This document shows, piece by piece, positions 1-9,919 of a DNA stretch of 64,000 nt (position 1 is the first letter of the stretch; every line of letters starts with the position of its first letter). The stretch comes from an uncultured virus (IMG/VR IMGVR_UViG_2061766007_000547) (Duplodnaviria > Heunggongvirae > Uroviricota > Caudoviricetes). A program made the translations under genes and the position numbers. The DNA lies in IMG/VR virus record IMGVR_UViG_2061766007_000547; one strand, written 5' to 3'. Below the pieces are notes generated by a model. That model saw only the letters and a program-made list of their open reading frames with translations, searched no databases and was not told the DNA's origin.

Positions 1-158
1 TTATAACATAATTGAATAACTTAATATAATTTTTATATAAAAGTTAATGAAAAATACCAATAATATTTAGTTCCCAGAATATTGGAATATAATTACTTAA
101 GATAATTAGGGGTACGAGATCGGCAAATTTTGGAAAATTGACTCTTAATCAAGAGCTA

Positions 159-187
159 TTGACAGCGGGCGATGATTCTTATATACT
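159..187 (+). promoter_or_regulatory. sigma-A/sigma70-type promoter for the phage RNA polymerase gene
   Basis: TTGACA (159-164), 17 nt spacer, TATACT (182-187); GGAGGAG Shine-Dalgarno before the GTG at 225. Confidence 0.8.
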
Positions 188-224
188 CGAACTGTAGGGG
201 ATAATAACGGGGAGGAGCAGTGGC

Positions 225-2738
225 GTGAATGGAATACGGATAAAGAACTATGAGGCGGCGAGCGTCTATGAGCACTGGTGGGGGTTCAGGAAGAGGCTTG
301 ATTCGACAGACGCCATGCTGGTAGACAGCCTGTTCAAAGACTATATGGAAATGGAGAGCCGCGATATCATCTGTCTGGCGTTCTCATATCGGACGAAAAG
401 CTACGATGAGCTTAAGAAGCGGGAGGACGTCGGGGAGGCTCTTGAGAAGAACAAGGATAAGGCGATAGAGATCAGCCGTCAGCGCCTGAGGGAGCTGGCA
501 TATGAGAAGGGCGTGAGCATAAGATATTACGACGGCACGGAAATACACTACCGCATGCTGTACAGGACGCCAGGTAAAGCCAAGAAGGGAACCTGTATGT
601 TCATACGGGACGAGCTTTACGATAAGGCGCATGAATATCTCTGGATGGGGATCAAGCTGCCTGATAAGAAAGCGCCGATAGTCCAGATGGGCGCATATTC
701 GTCGCTCATTACTTCAGGCATAATAAGCAAGTTGCAAATTAAGCCCGAACAGATATTGGTGCTTCATGATATCGAATCCTCGTTTAGCGCCGACGTGATC
801 GCCATAGAGACCGATAAGGATAAGCACTGCATTGCGAAAAGATACGACGGGCTGGATTTAAAAAGCGTGAGTTTCGATGGTCAGGCGCTTATCGACGACA
901 GTATCTTTCCGTCGTGGGCGGACGGATATATATTATTAAGGAACCACATGACGAAGTGTGCCGCATTCCATACGAAGATCGGGCTTTTCATGCGTGAGCA
1001 TTTCGGGGCTAAATACGACACGGCGACTGTAAAGGACATGTGGGGGCGTGATGTCAGGGTAGCTGATATCAAGCTGATATGTACCGAGAGCACGTGTAAG
1101 TGGCTGACGTTCAAGGTGTCGTTTGACTACTGGGCTGAATGGATACGGAAGAACGACTGCATGTGGGGCATAGTAAAGACCACACATGAGAGTAAACTGG
1201 GCGACGTACAGCGCATGTCATACCAGATGGTTAATGCTCTTGATATGGATACGATGCCAGAGGTAACGCAGCGGTCGGTATCATATATCGACGGGCTTAA
1301 GAAGGACGACGCGGCGTTTCTGGAATACCTGAAGAAGAACTCAAGCTTTGCCAATGACTTTGAGGCGCTGCTTGCTATCGTGCATCAGTGCCCTGAGTTT
1401 GTGAACAGCGAATATTTCAGGGAGCGCAAGCAGGCGATAATCAGCGCATATGTTATGAATTTCAAGTCGGGGCGTCTGCTGCAGAATGCGGATAATCTCA
1501 CTATAGTCGGCTCGCCGTATGCCATGCTGCTTCATGCGGTCGGTGAGGACGTCGAGGACGATCCCACGTTTGAGACGGAGGATGGCGTGATACAGTGCTG
1601 GACGGAGCGCTTCAGGGATCGGGAATATCTGGCGGAGTTCAGGTCGCCGTTCAACAGCCGCAATAATCTGGGCTGTCTGCATAATGTCTATCATCCATAC
1701 TTTGACCGTTATTTCAGACTGGGTAAGCTGTGTATAGCGGTGAACACGCAGCATACGCCGTTTCAGGATAAGAACAACGGCTCCGATCAGGATTCCGATT
1801 CGATATATGTCACCAATCACCCAGATATCGTAGCCCACGCCAAGAAATGTATGGTGGAATATCCGACGATAACGAACAGGATACCGCAGGAAAAGAACAT
1901 ATATAATAATACGCCGCTGGATTTTGCCAAGATAGATAACCGTCTTGCCGCAGCGCAGATGGCGATAGGTCAGTCCAGCAATCTGGCACAGATCGATCTT
2001 ACATATACATATAATTTTGATGATCAGAAATATCAGGATTATGTCTGCATACTGAGTGTCATAGCGCAGCTGGCGATAGATTCGGCAAAGCGCTCGTTTG
2101 ACGTGGATATTCCAGCTGAGATAAGCAGGATCAAGGCGGACATGGATATCGACAATAACGGTCTCCCGCTCTTCTGGCAGATAACCAAGAAGGACAACCG
2201 CAAGGCAAGGACTGATGAGATACGGCTCCAGCGGGCTAAGGATAATAAGGAAAAGATCGCCAAGAAGGTGAACGAAAACCTTGTATGTCCTATGAACTAC
2301 ATTTACGGGCTGAAGCTCAGTAAGTATCGGAGCAGCATACCGACAGCGCCGAATAAGGACTTTGTTATCCGTCACAAGCTGGATATCAGCTGGAAGCTGG
2401 CAAGGAAGATCGAGCAGCTGATCGAAAAGTATTCGATAAAGATACATGAGATAAACGCTCATGGTGAAATGTGGTATGAGGATAATGAGCTTTTGCTGAT
2501 AGATGATTTTGATGAATTGATAAAGGACATCAGGAATACGAACATGTCCAATAGATATGTCGGGCTTATGTCGTGGCTGATCGACAGGGCGCTGCATGTT
2601 TCGGAACAGACAAAGAACAGCTTCACAAAACTGGATCGAAACCGCCCTCTTTTGCTTAAAACACTGTATGAAACGAATCCACAGTGTTTTTTAAGATGTT
2701 TCCGATCCAGTCAGGAAATAAATAAAATCGGGCTATAA
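225..2738 (+). CDS. YonO-like single-subunit (double-psi beta-barrel, RdRP-related) phage DNA-dependent RNA polymerase
   Basis: 837 aa. FDGQALID, FRSPFNS and metal-binding NGSDQDSD (DxDGD variant), then AIDSAK. Lies directly upstream of HU and the packaging genes, as yonO-yonN do in SPbeta. Confidence 0.8.
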   Translation: MNGIRIKNYEAASVYEHWWGFRKRLDSTDAMLVDSLFKDYMEMESRDIICLAFSYRTKSYDELKKREDVGEALEKNKDKAIEISRQRLRELAYEKGVSIRYYDGTEIHYRMLYRTPGKAKKGTCMFIRDELYDKAHEYLWMGIKLPDKKAPIVQMGAYSSLITSGIISKLQIKPEQILVLHDIESSFSADVIAIETDKDKHCIAKRYDGLDLKSVSFDGQALIDDSIFPSWADGYILLRNHMTKCAAFHTKIGLFMREHFGAKYDTATVKDMWGRDVRVADIKLICTESTCKWLTFKVSFDYWAEWIRKNDCMWGIVKTTHESKLGDVQRMSYQMVNALDMDTMPEVTQRSVSYIDGLKKDDAAFLEYLKKNSSFANDFEALLAIVHQCPEFVNSEYFRERKQAIISAYVMNFKSGRLLQNADNLTIVGSPYAMLLHAVGEDVEDDPTFETEDGVIQCWTERFRDREYLAEFRSPFNSRNNLGCLHNVYHPYFDRYFRLGKLCIAVNTQHTPFQDKNNGSDQDSDSIYVTNHPDIVAHAKKCMVEYPTITNRIPQEKNIYNNTPLDFAKIDNRLAAAQMAIGQSSNLAQIDLTYTYNFDDQKYQDYVCILSVIAQLAIDSAKRSFDVDIPAEISRIKADMDIDNNGLPLFWQITKKDNRKARTDEIRLQRAKDNKEKIAKKVNENLVCPMNYIYGLKLSKYRSSIPTAPNKDFVIRHKLDISWKLARKIEQLIEKYSIKIHEINAHGEMWYEDNELLLIDDFDELIKDIRNTNMSNRYVGLMSWLIDRALHVSEQTKNSFTKLDRNRPLLLKTLYETNPQCFLRCFRSSQEINKIGL

Positions 2739-2806
2739 TTGCGTACAGTACGATATACTACAGATGTAGTATAAAATGAGTGTATGAAGAAAAGGAGTTA
2801 GATACT

Positions 2807-3082
2807 ATGGATTACAAGAGTTTAGTGGCAAGGACGGCGGAGAAATCTGCTACCAGTAAAGCAAAGACAGGCGTAGTTCTGGCGGCGCTGAGACAGGTTA
2901 TTATCGAGGCTCTTAAGGAAGATGAGGCTGTTAAGTTTGCAAGTCTTGGCACGTTCAAGGTAGTCAAGCGCAAGGCGACTAACAGACGTGATCCTAAGAC
3001 GCGTGAGATAAGGAGTGTCCCTGCCAAGATCAAGCCGAAATTTAGTTTCAGTAAGATTGCGGAAGATGAGGTGATCGCATGA
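2807..3082 (+). CDS. hup: HU/IHF-family histone-like DNA-binding protein
   Basis: VKFASLGTFKVVKRKATNRRDPKT..VPAKIKPKFSFSK is the HU arm signature. AGGAG RBS favours the ATG at 2807. Confidence 0.9.
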   Translation: MDYKSLVARTAEKSATSKAKTGVVLAALRQVIIEALKEDEAVKFASLGTFKVVKRKATNRRDPKTREIRSVPAKIKPKFSFSKIAEDEVIA

Positions 3083-3255
3083 GTGTAAGGGTTTTTACTG
3101 CTGATAGCGGAACCTTTATTGATCCAAAGACAGGGAAAGTTATCTCTGTTGAAGAACTGAGAAAAGAGGAAGAGAATGTTTACAAGGATAGCGGTGACGG
3201 CGCCGAAAACGCCAGCACAGATAAAAAAGTTCTCTCTCGACAAGCTCAAGAATGA
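3079..3255 (+). CDS. small hypothetical protein (58 aa, not in ORF track)
   Basis: ATGA overlap with the HU stop and GAGGTG RBS; MSVRVFTADSGTFIDPKTGKVISVEELRKEEE...; overlaps the next ORF by 80 nt. Confidence 0.4.
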   Translation: MSVRVFTADSGTFIDPKTGKVISVEELRKEEENVYKDSGDGAENASTDKKVLSRQAQE

Positions 3256-4207
3256 ATATAATGATCTTGCCGAGGAGTATGGAAAGATCATTGATCACAA
3301 GGTATTATATTGCGCCAGCTGCGGACAGTACTATCCGCCTGACGCATTTTTTAGTAGTGGCGAATTTAAGACGGGGTGCTTTCCGATATGTAAGCAATGT
3401 CTGATAGACATGGCAACAGACTTTGATCAGAAGCGTAACGTCAGGGTAGATAATACAGATAAGCTGGCTAGGGTGTTCCACATGCTCAATATACCATATA
3501 GCGACGCAGCTTATAACAGCTTTAAAGAAAAGGCTGGTGGCGGCGTGAGCGTGGCGGGAACCATGATAAATCAGATATATGGATGGGCGTCTGCCAATAA
3601 TAAGACGTGGCTGGACGGAATGCCAGAAAAGCAGGACAATGAGGATAAGGACGATGTAAAGGCGAGAGCCGAGATCAAGAAGATATTCGGCAGAGGTCTG
3701 TCTGAGGACGATTATCTGTTCCTTCAGGATCAGTATGATGACTGGAGGGCGAGAACTCAGGTTGACAGCAAATCGCAGGAAACATATGTCCAGCAGATAT
3801 GCATGTCGCTGCTTGATATCGATAAGGATAGGAAGGCTGGCAGGGATGTTACCAATAAGCTTAAAGCGTTGGATATCCTTATGAACTCAGCCAATCTCCA
3901 GCCAAAGCAGAATGTGGCGAATGCCGCTACCGACGCTTTGACATTTGGTCAGCTGATAGAAAAATGGGAAAACGAGAAACCGATATCTGAGCCGTCTGAA
4001 GAATTTAAGGACGTTGATGGTATAGGTAAATATATAAGGGTTTGGTTTACGGGGTGGTTGGCTAAGGCACTGGGACTGAAGGCAAACGTATTTACTGCTG
4101 AATATGATAAGGAAGTCAGTCAGTATGAGGTAAGCCGTCCTGACGATGGTGAGGACGACGAGACCAGCAGTATCTATAATGAAATCTTCGGAGATACAGA
4201 TGGGTAA
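3176..4207 (+). CDS. probable terminase small subunit / Zn-finger packaging protein
   Basis: CxxC...CxxC (CASC, CKQC) near the N-terminus; immediately upstream of and overlapping terL. Confidence 0.5.
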   Translation: MFTRIAVTAPKTPAQIKKFSLDKLKNEYNDLAEEYGKIIDHKVLYCASCGQYYPPDAFFSSGEFKTGCFPICKQCLIDMATDFDQKRNVRVDNTDKLARVFHMLNIPYSDAAYNSFKEKAGGGVSVAGTMINQIYGWASANNKTWLDGMPEKQDNEDKDDVKARAEIKKIFGRGLSEDDYLFLQDQYDDWRARTQVDSKSQETYVQQICMSLLDIDKDRKAGRDVTNKLKALDILMNSANLQPKQNVANAATDALTFGQLIEKWENEKPISEPSEEFKDVDGIGKYIRVWFTGWLAKALGLKANVFTAEYDKEVSQYEVSRPDDGEDDETSSIYNEIFGDTDG

Positions 4208-5942
4208 GTCCGACAGTCAGATCCTTCAGGATCGTACCGAAGCTATTATGAACATCGTCGATGAGCGATGTTCTTTTTATCGAGCCAACCCGCACAGGTT
4301 TGTTGAGGAGTATCTTGGCATACCTGTTAAATTGTTCCAGAAGATATTGCTCTGGGCAATGATGTTTTTTGATAACTTTTATTTCCTTGCGGCGCGATCG
4401 CTGGGAAAGACGTGGCTGGTTGCAGTATTTGCTGTTACGCGGGCTATCCTTTATCCTGGAAGTAAGATCGTTGTCTGTTCATATACGTTCAAACAGGGCA
4501 AGGAGGTCATTGAAAAAATAATCAATGAGCTTATGCCGATCTCGCCAATGCTGCGCAATGAGATTGCGCGGGTAAGTAACGGCAAAGATGACTGCAGCGT
4601 GTATTTTAAAGACAGGTCATATATAAAGGTAGTCACAGCCAAAGAATCTGGCAGAGGCGGAAGATCGCATGTGTTGATAATCGATGAGTCGAGACTTGTC
4701 CCGCTGAAGATCGTTGATACCGTTCTCCGTCCGTTCAACGGAACGCCGAGAATGCCAGGATATACGGCAAAGCCAGAGTACGCAAATGTACTTGAGATGA
4801 ACAAAGAGATCAATATGAGTTCGGCATATTATGCAGCGTCCGAGATGTATAGCAAGGTCAAGGCGTACGTTGCCAATATGCTTGATCCTAAGCGAAAATA
4901 TTTTCTGTGTGATCTCCCATATATGCTTTCTATTAAGGAAGGCTTGCTGATGAGGCAGCAGATCGAAAACGAAATGTCCGAAAGGACGTTTAACGAATTT
5001 GATTTTTGTATGGAAAGAATGGGAATATTTATCGGGGAAAGTGAGGATGCTCTGTTTGATTTCAATGTTCTTAAAGATCGCAGGATTTTAAAGGACGCTC
5101 TCCGTCCGTTAGAATATTATAAGCTGAATAATATCAAGATTCCTGAGAAGAAGAAAGGCGAGATAAGGGTTCTGTCGTTGGATATCGCTCTTATGTCGTC
5201 AAAGAGAAGGAGCAATGATGCTTCAGCGTTCATTATCCACTCTGCTATCCCAACGCCGTCACATAATTATATGGATAACGTTGTGTTCATAGATACGCAG
5301 GAGGGACTGGTAACTGATGATCTGGGATTGTTGGCTATGAGATATTATTATCAGTACGACTGCGATTATATCGTAGTGGATGGTAAAGGTGTCGGTATTC
5401 CGATAATCGACTTTATCATGGCAGATCGATATGATTCTGAATACGGGCAGCTGTATCCAGCGATCAACTGTATGAACAATCCAGACTTTTCGGATAGGTG
5501 CAAGGTTAAGGGTGCGGCTAAGAAGCTGTATGTTGTCATAGCTACACCAAAGCTGAATAACGACATGTGCCTGTCTTTGAGGGCTGGATTCCAGAACGGA
5601 TATGTTAATCTGCTTATGGATGAGGATATCATTGAAGATGACGTCCTTCCTAATATAAGGAACTATAGCAGGCTGGGTGACGCTCTGATGGCAAAGATCA
5701 GATTGCCGTATGTGCAGACGACTTTGCTTATCAATGAGCTTGTTAATCTCCAGCATGAGACTACTGGTGGTCTCATTAAGGTCAAAGAAAAAGCAAGTAT
5801 CCGTAAAGACCGCTACTCTTCTCTCGAATACGGATATGCTTTTATTCAGGAATTAAGCAAGAACCTGAAACCCGCACGGGATTCAGAAAATAAACTGGTA
5901 GATAAATTCATCATGAAGCAGCCAAAGCTGCTCCATCGATAG
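4200..5942 (+). CDS. terL: terminase large subunit
   Basis: Walker A AARSLGKT, Walker B VLIIDESR, RNase H-like nuclease LSLDIAL ... KDRYSS. Likely start is the ATG at 4200. Confidence 0.9.
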   Translation: MGKSDSQILQDRTEAIMNIVDERCSFYRANPHRFVEEYLGIPVKLFQKILLWAMMFFDNFYFLAARSLGKTWLVAVFAVTRAILYPGSKIVVCSYTFKQGKEVIEKIINELMPISPMLRNEIARVSNGKDDCSVYFKDRSYIKVVTAKESGRGGRSHVLIIDESRLVPLKIVDTVLRPFNGTPRMPGYTAKPEYANVLEMNKEINMSSAYYAASEMYSKVKAYVANMLDPKRKYFLCDLPYMLSIKEGLLMRQQIENEMSERTFNEFDFCMERMGIFIGESEDALFDFNVLKDRRILKDALRPLEYYKLNNIKIPEKKKGEIRVLSLDIALMSSKRRSNDASAFIIHSAIPTPSHNYMDNVVFIDTQEGLVTDDLGLLAMRYYYQYDCDYIVVDGKGVGIPIIDFIMADRYDSEYGQLYPAINCMNNPDFSDRCKVKGAAKKLYVVIATPKLNNDMCLSLRAGFQNGYVNLLMDEDIIEDDVLPNIRNYSRLGDALMAKIRLPYVQTTLLINELVNLQHETTGGLIKVKEKASIRKDRYSSLEYGYAFIQELSKNLKPARDSENKLVDKFIMKQPKLLHR

Positions 5943-5955
5943 AGGGAGGTGCCTC

Positions 5956-7449
5956 ATGGCAAACAAGAAAAGTGCCCAAGGCACTAGCATGACAGCGGCT
6001 GAGCTTCGTAAGTGGTATAATGATAATCATAAGTCTATTGAGAACTATACCAGAGCCAAAGCCGCATTGAAGAAACTGATCGATCCTAAAGCAAACAGTT
6101 CGACAAGGTATGAGGTATTTGACAGGACAAAGCTCAGGGAATATATGAGGAATCCTCTTCGTTATTATAAGAACCTGATAGCACTGAGCAAATATCTATA
6201 TACACGATCACAGCCGTATCGTAAGATGATCGCATATAATGCTTCCATGATAGATGCGACATACCGCACTATTGTGCCTGTTATCGACATGACGAAAAAG
6301 AAGCAGATGACCGATGATAAGATATTGAAAGATTATTGGACTGTCTGCAATATTATGAACAGGTCGAACATGCAGGCTGAAATAAGGAAGATGAATATCA
6401 TAGCGTGGCGTGAAGATACCGCATTCGGAGTTTGGTACTCCGATCCCAGCGGTATTTTTATTTTGCCGTTGCCGTATGATTATTGCAAAGTCAACGCGAT
6501 CTATGCAGATGGCTGTCTTGGCTTTGTCATGGATATGACTTATTTTGATCAGCATACCGACTGGGTTGAGTTGTGGGGCGAACCTTTTATTACTATGTAT
6601 AATGAGTATTTAAAGGATAAGCAGAATAACAAGTGGCAACAGGTTCCTGACAGCAGGGCATATGTTGTTAAAGTTAATCTTGATGATCCTTTGAACCCTA
6701 TCCCGCCTTATATCGGACTGTTCAATAGTATTATCGGATTAGCTGATGATGAGGACTTACAGGAAACAAAGGACGCAGCGTCGGTATATAAGCTGCTGGC
6801 TTTTGAAATGGAAACCAAGGGCGATGATCCAGACGACTTCAAGGTTGATCCTGATACAGCGCTGGATTATGTGAACAGGGCAAATGAATCTCTTCCGCCC
6901 TATGTTGGTTCGATATTGTCTCCGCTCAAGGTTAATCCTATATCATTTGAAAAGGATCAGGCGGCTGATGTTAATATTATCGAGAATGCTACTAAGAACC
7001 TGTACAACAGTTCTGGTGGCGCTCAGATATTGAATAGTCTGAATATCAGTACGACAATCGGTTGGCTGAGTGTTCTTATTTCAGATGAACAGTTTGCGGC
7101 TGGCATATTGAGAGCGCAGGTTGAGAATAATCTTAACAGGCTTGTCAGTGCCGAGAAGCCGAATAACTGTCGTATCAAATTATTGCCTATCTCTCCTTAT
7201 ACAAAGAATTTATATAAGGAAAGTATAGATAAAGATTTCCAGTATGGCGTTCCGCTTAAACTGGTTGTTAATTGCCTGAACGGGTTTACAGAAGTTGAGA
7301 CCGTATCAATGGCAAAATTAGAAGAAATCCTTGATCTTCATGATTTATTCAAGCCGCCACAGAGTGCTAATACTCAGAGTGGGAAGAAAGAAGAAAAGTC
7401 GCCAGAGCAGTTATCCGATGAGGGTGACGAAAGTAGGGATAAAGGTTGA
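5956..7449 (+). CDS. portal protein
   Basis: 497 aa helical protein directly after terL, with a low-complexity charged C-terminal tail typical of portals; strong GGAGG RBS. Confidence 0.7.
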   Translation: MANKKSAQGTSMTAAELRKWYNDNHKSIENYTRAKAALKKLIDPKANSSTRYEVFDRTKLREYMRNPLRYYKNLIALSKYLYTRSQPYRKMIAYNASMIDATYRTIVPVIDMTKKKQMTDDKILKDYWTVCNIMNRSNMQAEIRKMNIIAWREDTAFGVWYSDPSGIFILPLPYDYCKVNAIYADGCLGFVMDMTYFDQHTDWVELWGEPFITMYNEYLKDKQNNKWQQVPDSRAYVVKVNLDDPLNPIPPYIGLFNSIIGLADDEDLQETKDAASVYKLLAFEMETKGDDPDDFKVDPDTALDYVNRANESLPPYVGSILSPLKVNPISFEKDQAADVNIIENATKNLYNSSGGAQILNSLNISTTIGWLSVLISDEQFAAGILRAQVENNLNRLVSAEKPNNCRIKLLPISPYTKNLYKESIDKDFQYGVPLKLVVNCLNGFTEVETVSMAKLEEILDLHDLFKPPQSANTQSGKKEEKSPEQLSDEGDESRDKG

Positions 7450-8366
7450 AATATTTCAGTACGAATAGCGATGATGCGTACTCTTCCGTCTCTGCTTCTA
7501 ACAGGCGGCTGGTAAGGGGCTTTATAAAGTATCTTAAGTCTAAACAGCGGCGTGACAGCTCGATTAAAGTTTACACTAATGACTTAAGAGCTTTTATGGT
7601 CTGGAACATGAATTATAATGATAACAAGGATTTCATTAAGATTACAGCAGATGATTTTTTGCGTTTTCAACAGGCGGGATTGCAAGATTGGAAATGGAGT
7701 TTTGCAAGGCTGCATGAAGTTGAGAGCGTCCTATCTTCTTTATCAAATTATATTGAGACAGAGGGTATATATGACGGCTATGTAAATATTATAAAGTCCG
7801 TCAGAAAAAAGCGTACATATGACAGTATGAAGCGCAGGGCTTATACTAAAAAAGAAATAGCGGAGCTGTTCGATCTGCTGATAACCAGAGAATGTTATCG
7901 GGAGGCTTGTGCGATTGCGATTGTTATTTTTTCTGGTATGAAGAAGGAAGATGTGCTGCGCCTTCAGATAGACGCATTTGATCATGCAGATATTTATGCT
8001 GATGTGTTTTATAAAATTTCTGTAAATGGGCGGCGTTATTATGTTTTAAGGGATAAGGTTCAGTCATACATAGATGGCTGGCTTGAATGTCGTAAAGACC
8101 GAAATGTTCAAGGTAAATGGTTATTTTCTGATTGTGATGAACAGTCGCAAAAGGGAGTGTCTTATGCCGTAGATAGCATGATGAAGGTTGTGATGTGCGA
8201 GTTGAACTTTCCTCTTAGCTGGGAAGCGCTGCGTTTATATGCAAAGCAGGAATTTATTGAAGCTGATCTGCCATATGAAGTAGTTAAAGAGATAGCTGGA
8301 ATAAGTAGGGAAGATATGATCGCCATGTATATTGGCGGTAGAAAGGAAACAAAACGCAATGGGTAA
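7446..8366 (+). CDS. tyrosine recombinase/integrase-family protein with degenerate catalytic residues
   Basis: SAM-like N-terminus (SSIKVYTNDLRAF...LSSLSNY). Catalytic-domain remnants FSGMKKEDV, WEALR and IAGISREDMIAMY. Confidence 0.65.
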   Translation: MKYFSTNSDDAYSSVSASNRRLVRGFIKYLKSKQRRDSSIKVYTNDLRAFMVWNMNYNDNKDFIKITADDFLRFQQAGLQDWKWSFARLHEVESVLSSLSNYIETEGIYDGYVNIIKSVRKKRTYDSMKRRAYTKKEIAELFDLLITRECYREACAIAIVIFSGMKKEDVLRLQIDAFDHADIYADVFYKISVNGRRYYVLRDKVQSYIDGWLECRKDRNVQGKWLFSDCDEQSQKGVSYAVDSMMKVVMCELNFPLSWEALRLYAKQEFIEADLPYEVVKEIAGISREDMIAMYIGGRKETKRNG

Positions 8367-9900
8367 GAAACGTGTTATGACTGTTGATGAGCTTCTGGCA
8401 TTTGTTAAAGAACAGAGAATGTCTAGCTTCAGCAGTAAAGAAAACGGTTTTGCGCTTGCTGTCCAGATGCCAGGTGTTTTTAGATTTACTGCCGATGATG
8501 ATAGGCGTGGATTGAGAAAGTTTGAATCCCGTGCATTTCATGATCACGTAAATCTCAATAGAACTAATATTGAGACTGAAGTGTTCAAGGATAAGATTGA
8601 GACTGCGGGTTTTCGTCCTGTATTGGCAAATATCGTTGTGGATTCAGCTGGGCAGAAAGATTTTGGCGCACATGATTTTCATGTTGAACATGATGAGGAT
8701 GGCAAAGAGATTATTATTTTTGATGAAAGACCTATTGGTGTCATAGATGGTTCACAAACAAGAATTGAATACGATGAGGACGCTGAGGTGAACAGGGCTA
8801 TTCTATCTGGTTTTATATTTGAGGAATATTGCCCTGACGCTGTAGAGATTTTTGAGAGGCGTGGCGGTGAAGTTGATAATTCTGTTGAATTAACTGTTGA
8901 AGCATTTTCATATGACGCAAAGAAGCAGGCTCTCACTTTTACGGATTATTATGTTTCAGGGCTTACGCTGCTTGGTGCTGAACACCAGCCTGGAATGGCG
9001 GGTAGCAGCATGACGCTTGAATCTGCCACTTTTGAATTTCAAGATGATGGCTTTAACGCGATTTTAGATAAGTTTAATGATATATTATCTAAATTTGAAA
9101 ATCTTCAGAAAGGGGGAGAAACCGTGAGCAAATTTGAAGAACTTCTTCAGAAGTATGGAAAAACTGCAGAAGATATCACATTTGAGCATGAGAACATGAG
9201 CGATGAAGAGCTTGAGGCTGCTTTCGAGGCTGCTTTCGCTACTCAGCCCGAAACCGCACCTGAATCTCAGCCTGAGCTGCAGACTGGTGTTGTATTCAGT
9301 GCTCAGTGTGGAGAAGCTAGGAAGGAATTTTCTTTAAGCCTTTCTGATAAGATCAGTGCCGTTTATGAGTTGATAAACGCAACCTATGCAGATGATTGGT
9401 ATGGTGTTGATGTTTACGAGGACGACGGCTATGTAGATATGTACGGATGGTGCTTTGGGAAAAATTATCGCCAGTCGTTCACTGTTGAGGATGGTGTTTA
9501 CACTCTCACAGGCGATCGTGTTGAAATCTTCGCAAGGTATCTTACGCAGGAAGAGCTTGACAGTCTTGAGTCGATGAAATCAAATTATGCGGCTCTTGAG
9601 CAGTATAAGAATGATAAAGAGGCTGAGATTGCTCGCGCTGACAAGATGTCTGCTCTTGTAGGATATTCGGCAATTGAGAATACCGACGAGTATAAGGCAC
9701 TTCTTGAAAGCATTGATAAGTATTCTAAGGAAGAACTTATCGAAAAGGCTGACGCTATTGTCGGCAAGTGTGCTCGTCAGGGCATGCAGTTTAGTTTTGA
9801 GGCTACACCGAAGTCCGCTGTCCGTGTAGCGTTCTCAGTTCAGGACGACGAAGTAGCGTCCGAGAATGTAAAATCATACAGCGGATTATTTGATGATTAA
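8359..9900 (+). CDS. prohead protease / scaffold protein
   Basis: Between portal and capsid genes. N-terminal protease-like part (HDHVNLN, DNSVEL, GLTLLG..PGM) and acidic coiled-coil C-terminal part. Confidence 0.65.
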   Translation: MGKKRVMTVDELLAFVKEQRMSSFSSKENGFALAVQMPGVFRFTADDDRRGLRKFESRAFHDHVNLNRTNIETEVFKDKIETAGFRPVLANIVVDSAGQKDFGAHDFHVEHDEDGKEIIIFDERPIGVIDGSQTRIEYDEDAEVNRAILSGFIFEEYCPDAVEIFERRGGEVDNSVELTVEAFSYDAKKQALTFTDYYVSGLTLLGAEHQPGMAGSSMTLESATFEFQDDGFNAILDKFNDILSKFENLQKGGETVSKFEELLQKYGKTAEDITFEHENMSDEELEAAFEAAFATQPETAPESQPELQTGVVFSAQCGEARKEFSLSLSDKISAVYELINATYADDWYGVDVYEDDGYVDMYGWCFGKNYRQSFTVEDGVYTLTGDRVEIFARYLTQEELDSLESMKSNYAALEQYKNDKEAEIARADKMSALVGYSAIENTDEYKALLESIDKYSKEELIEKADAIVGKCARQGMQFSFEATPKSAVRVAFSVQDDEVASENVKSYSGLFDD

Positions 9901-9919
9901 TTAATAGGAGGAAAAAAAG

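Noticed and set aside
1341..2597. 418 aa minus-strand ORF and the many other antisense ORFs
   Set aside because: They shadow well-supported + strand genes, have no RBS or recognisable motifs, and are explained by codon bias.
7446..8366. Functional integrase with adjacent attP
   Set aside because: Catalytic residues are degenerate, and the gene overlaps both neighbours, leaving no room for an att site.
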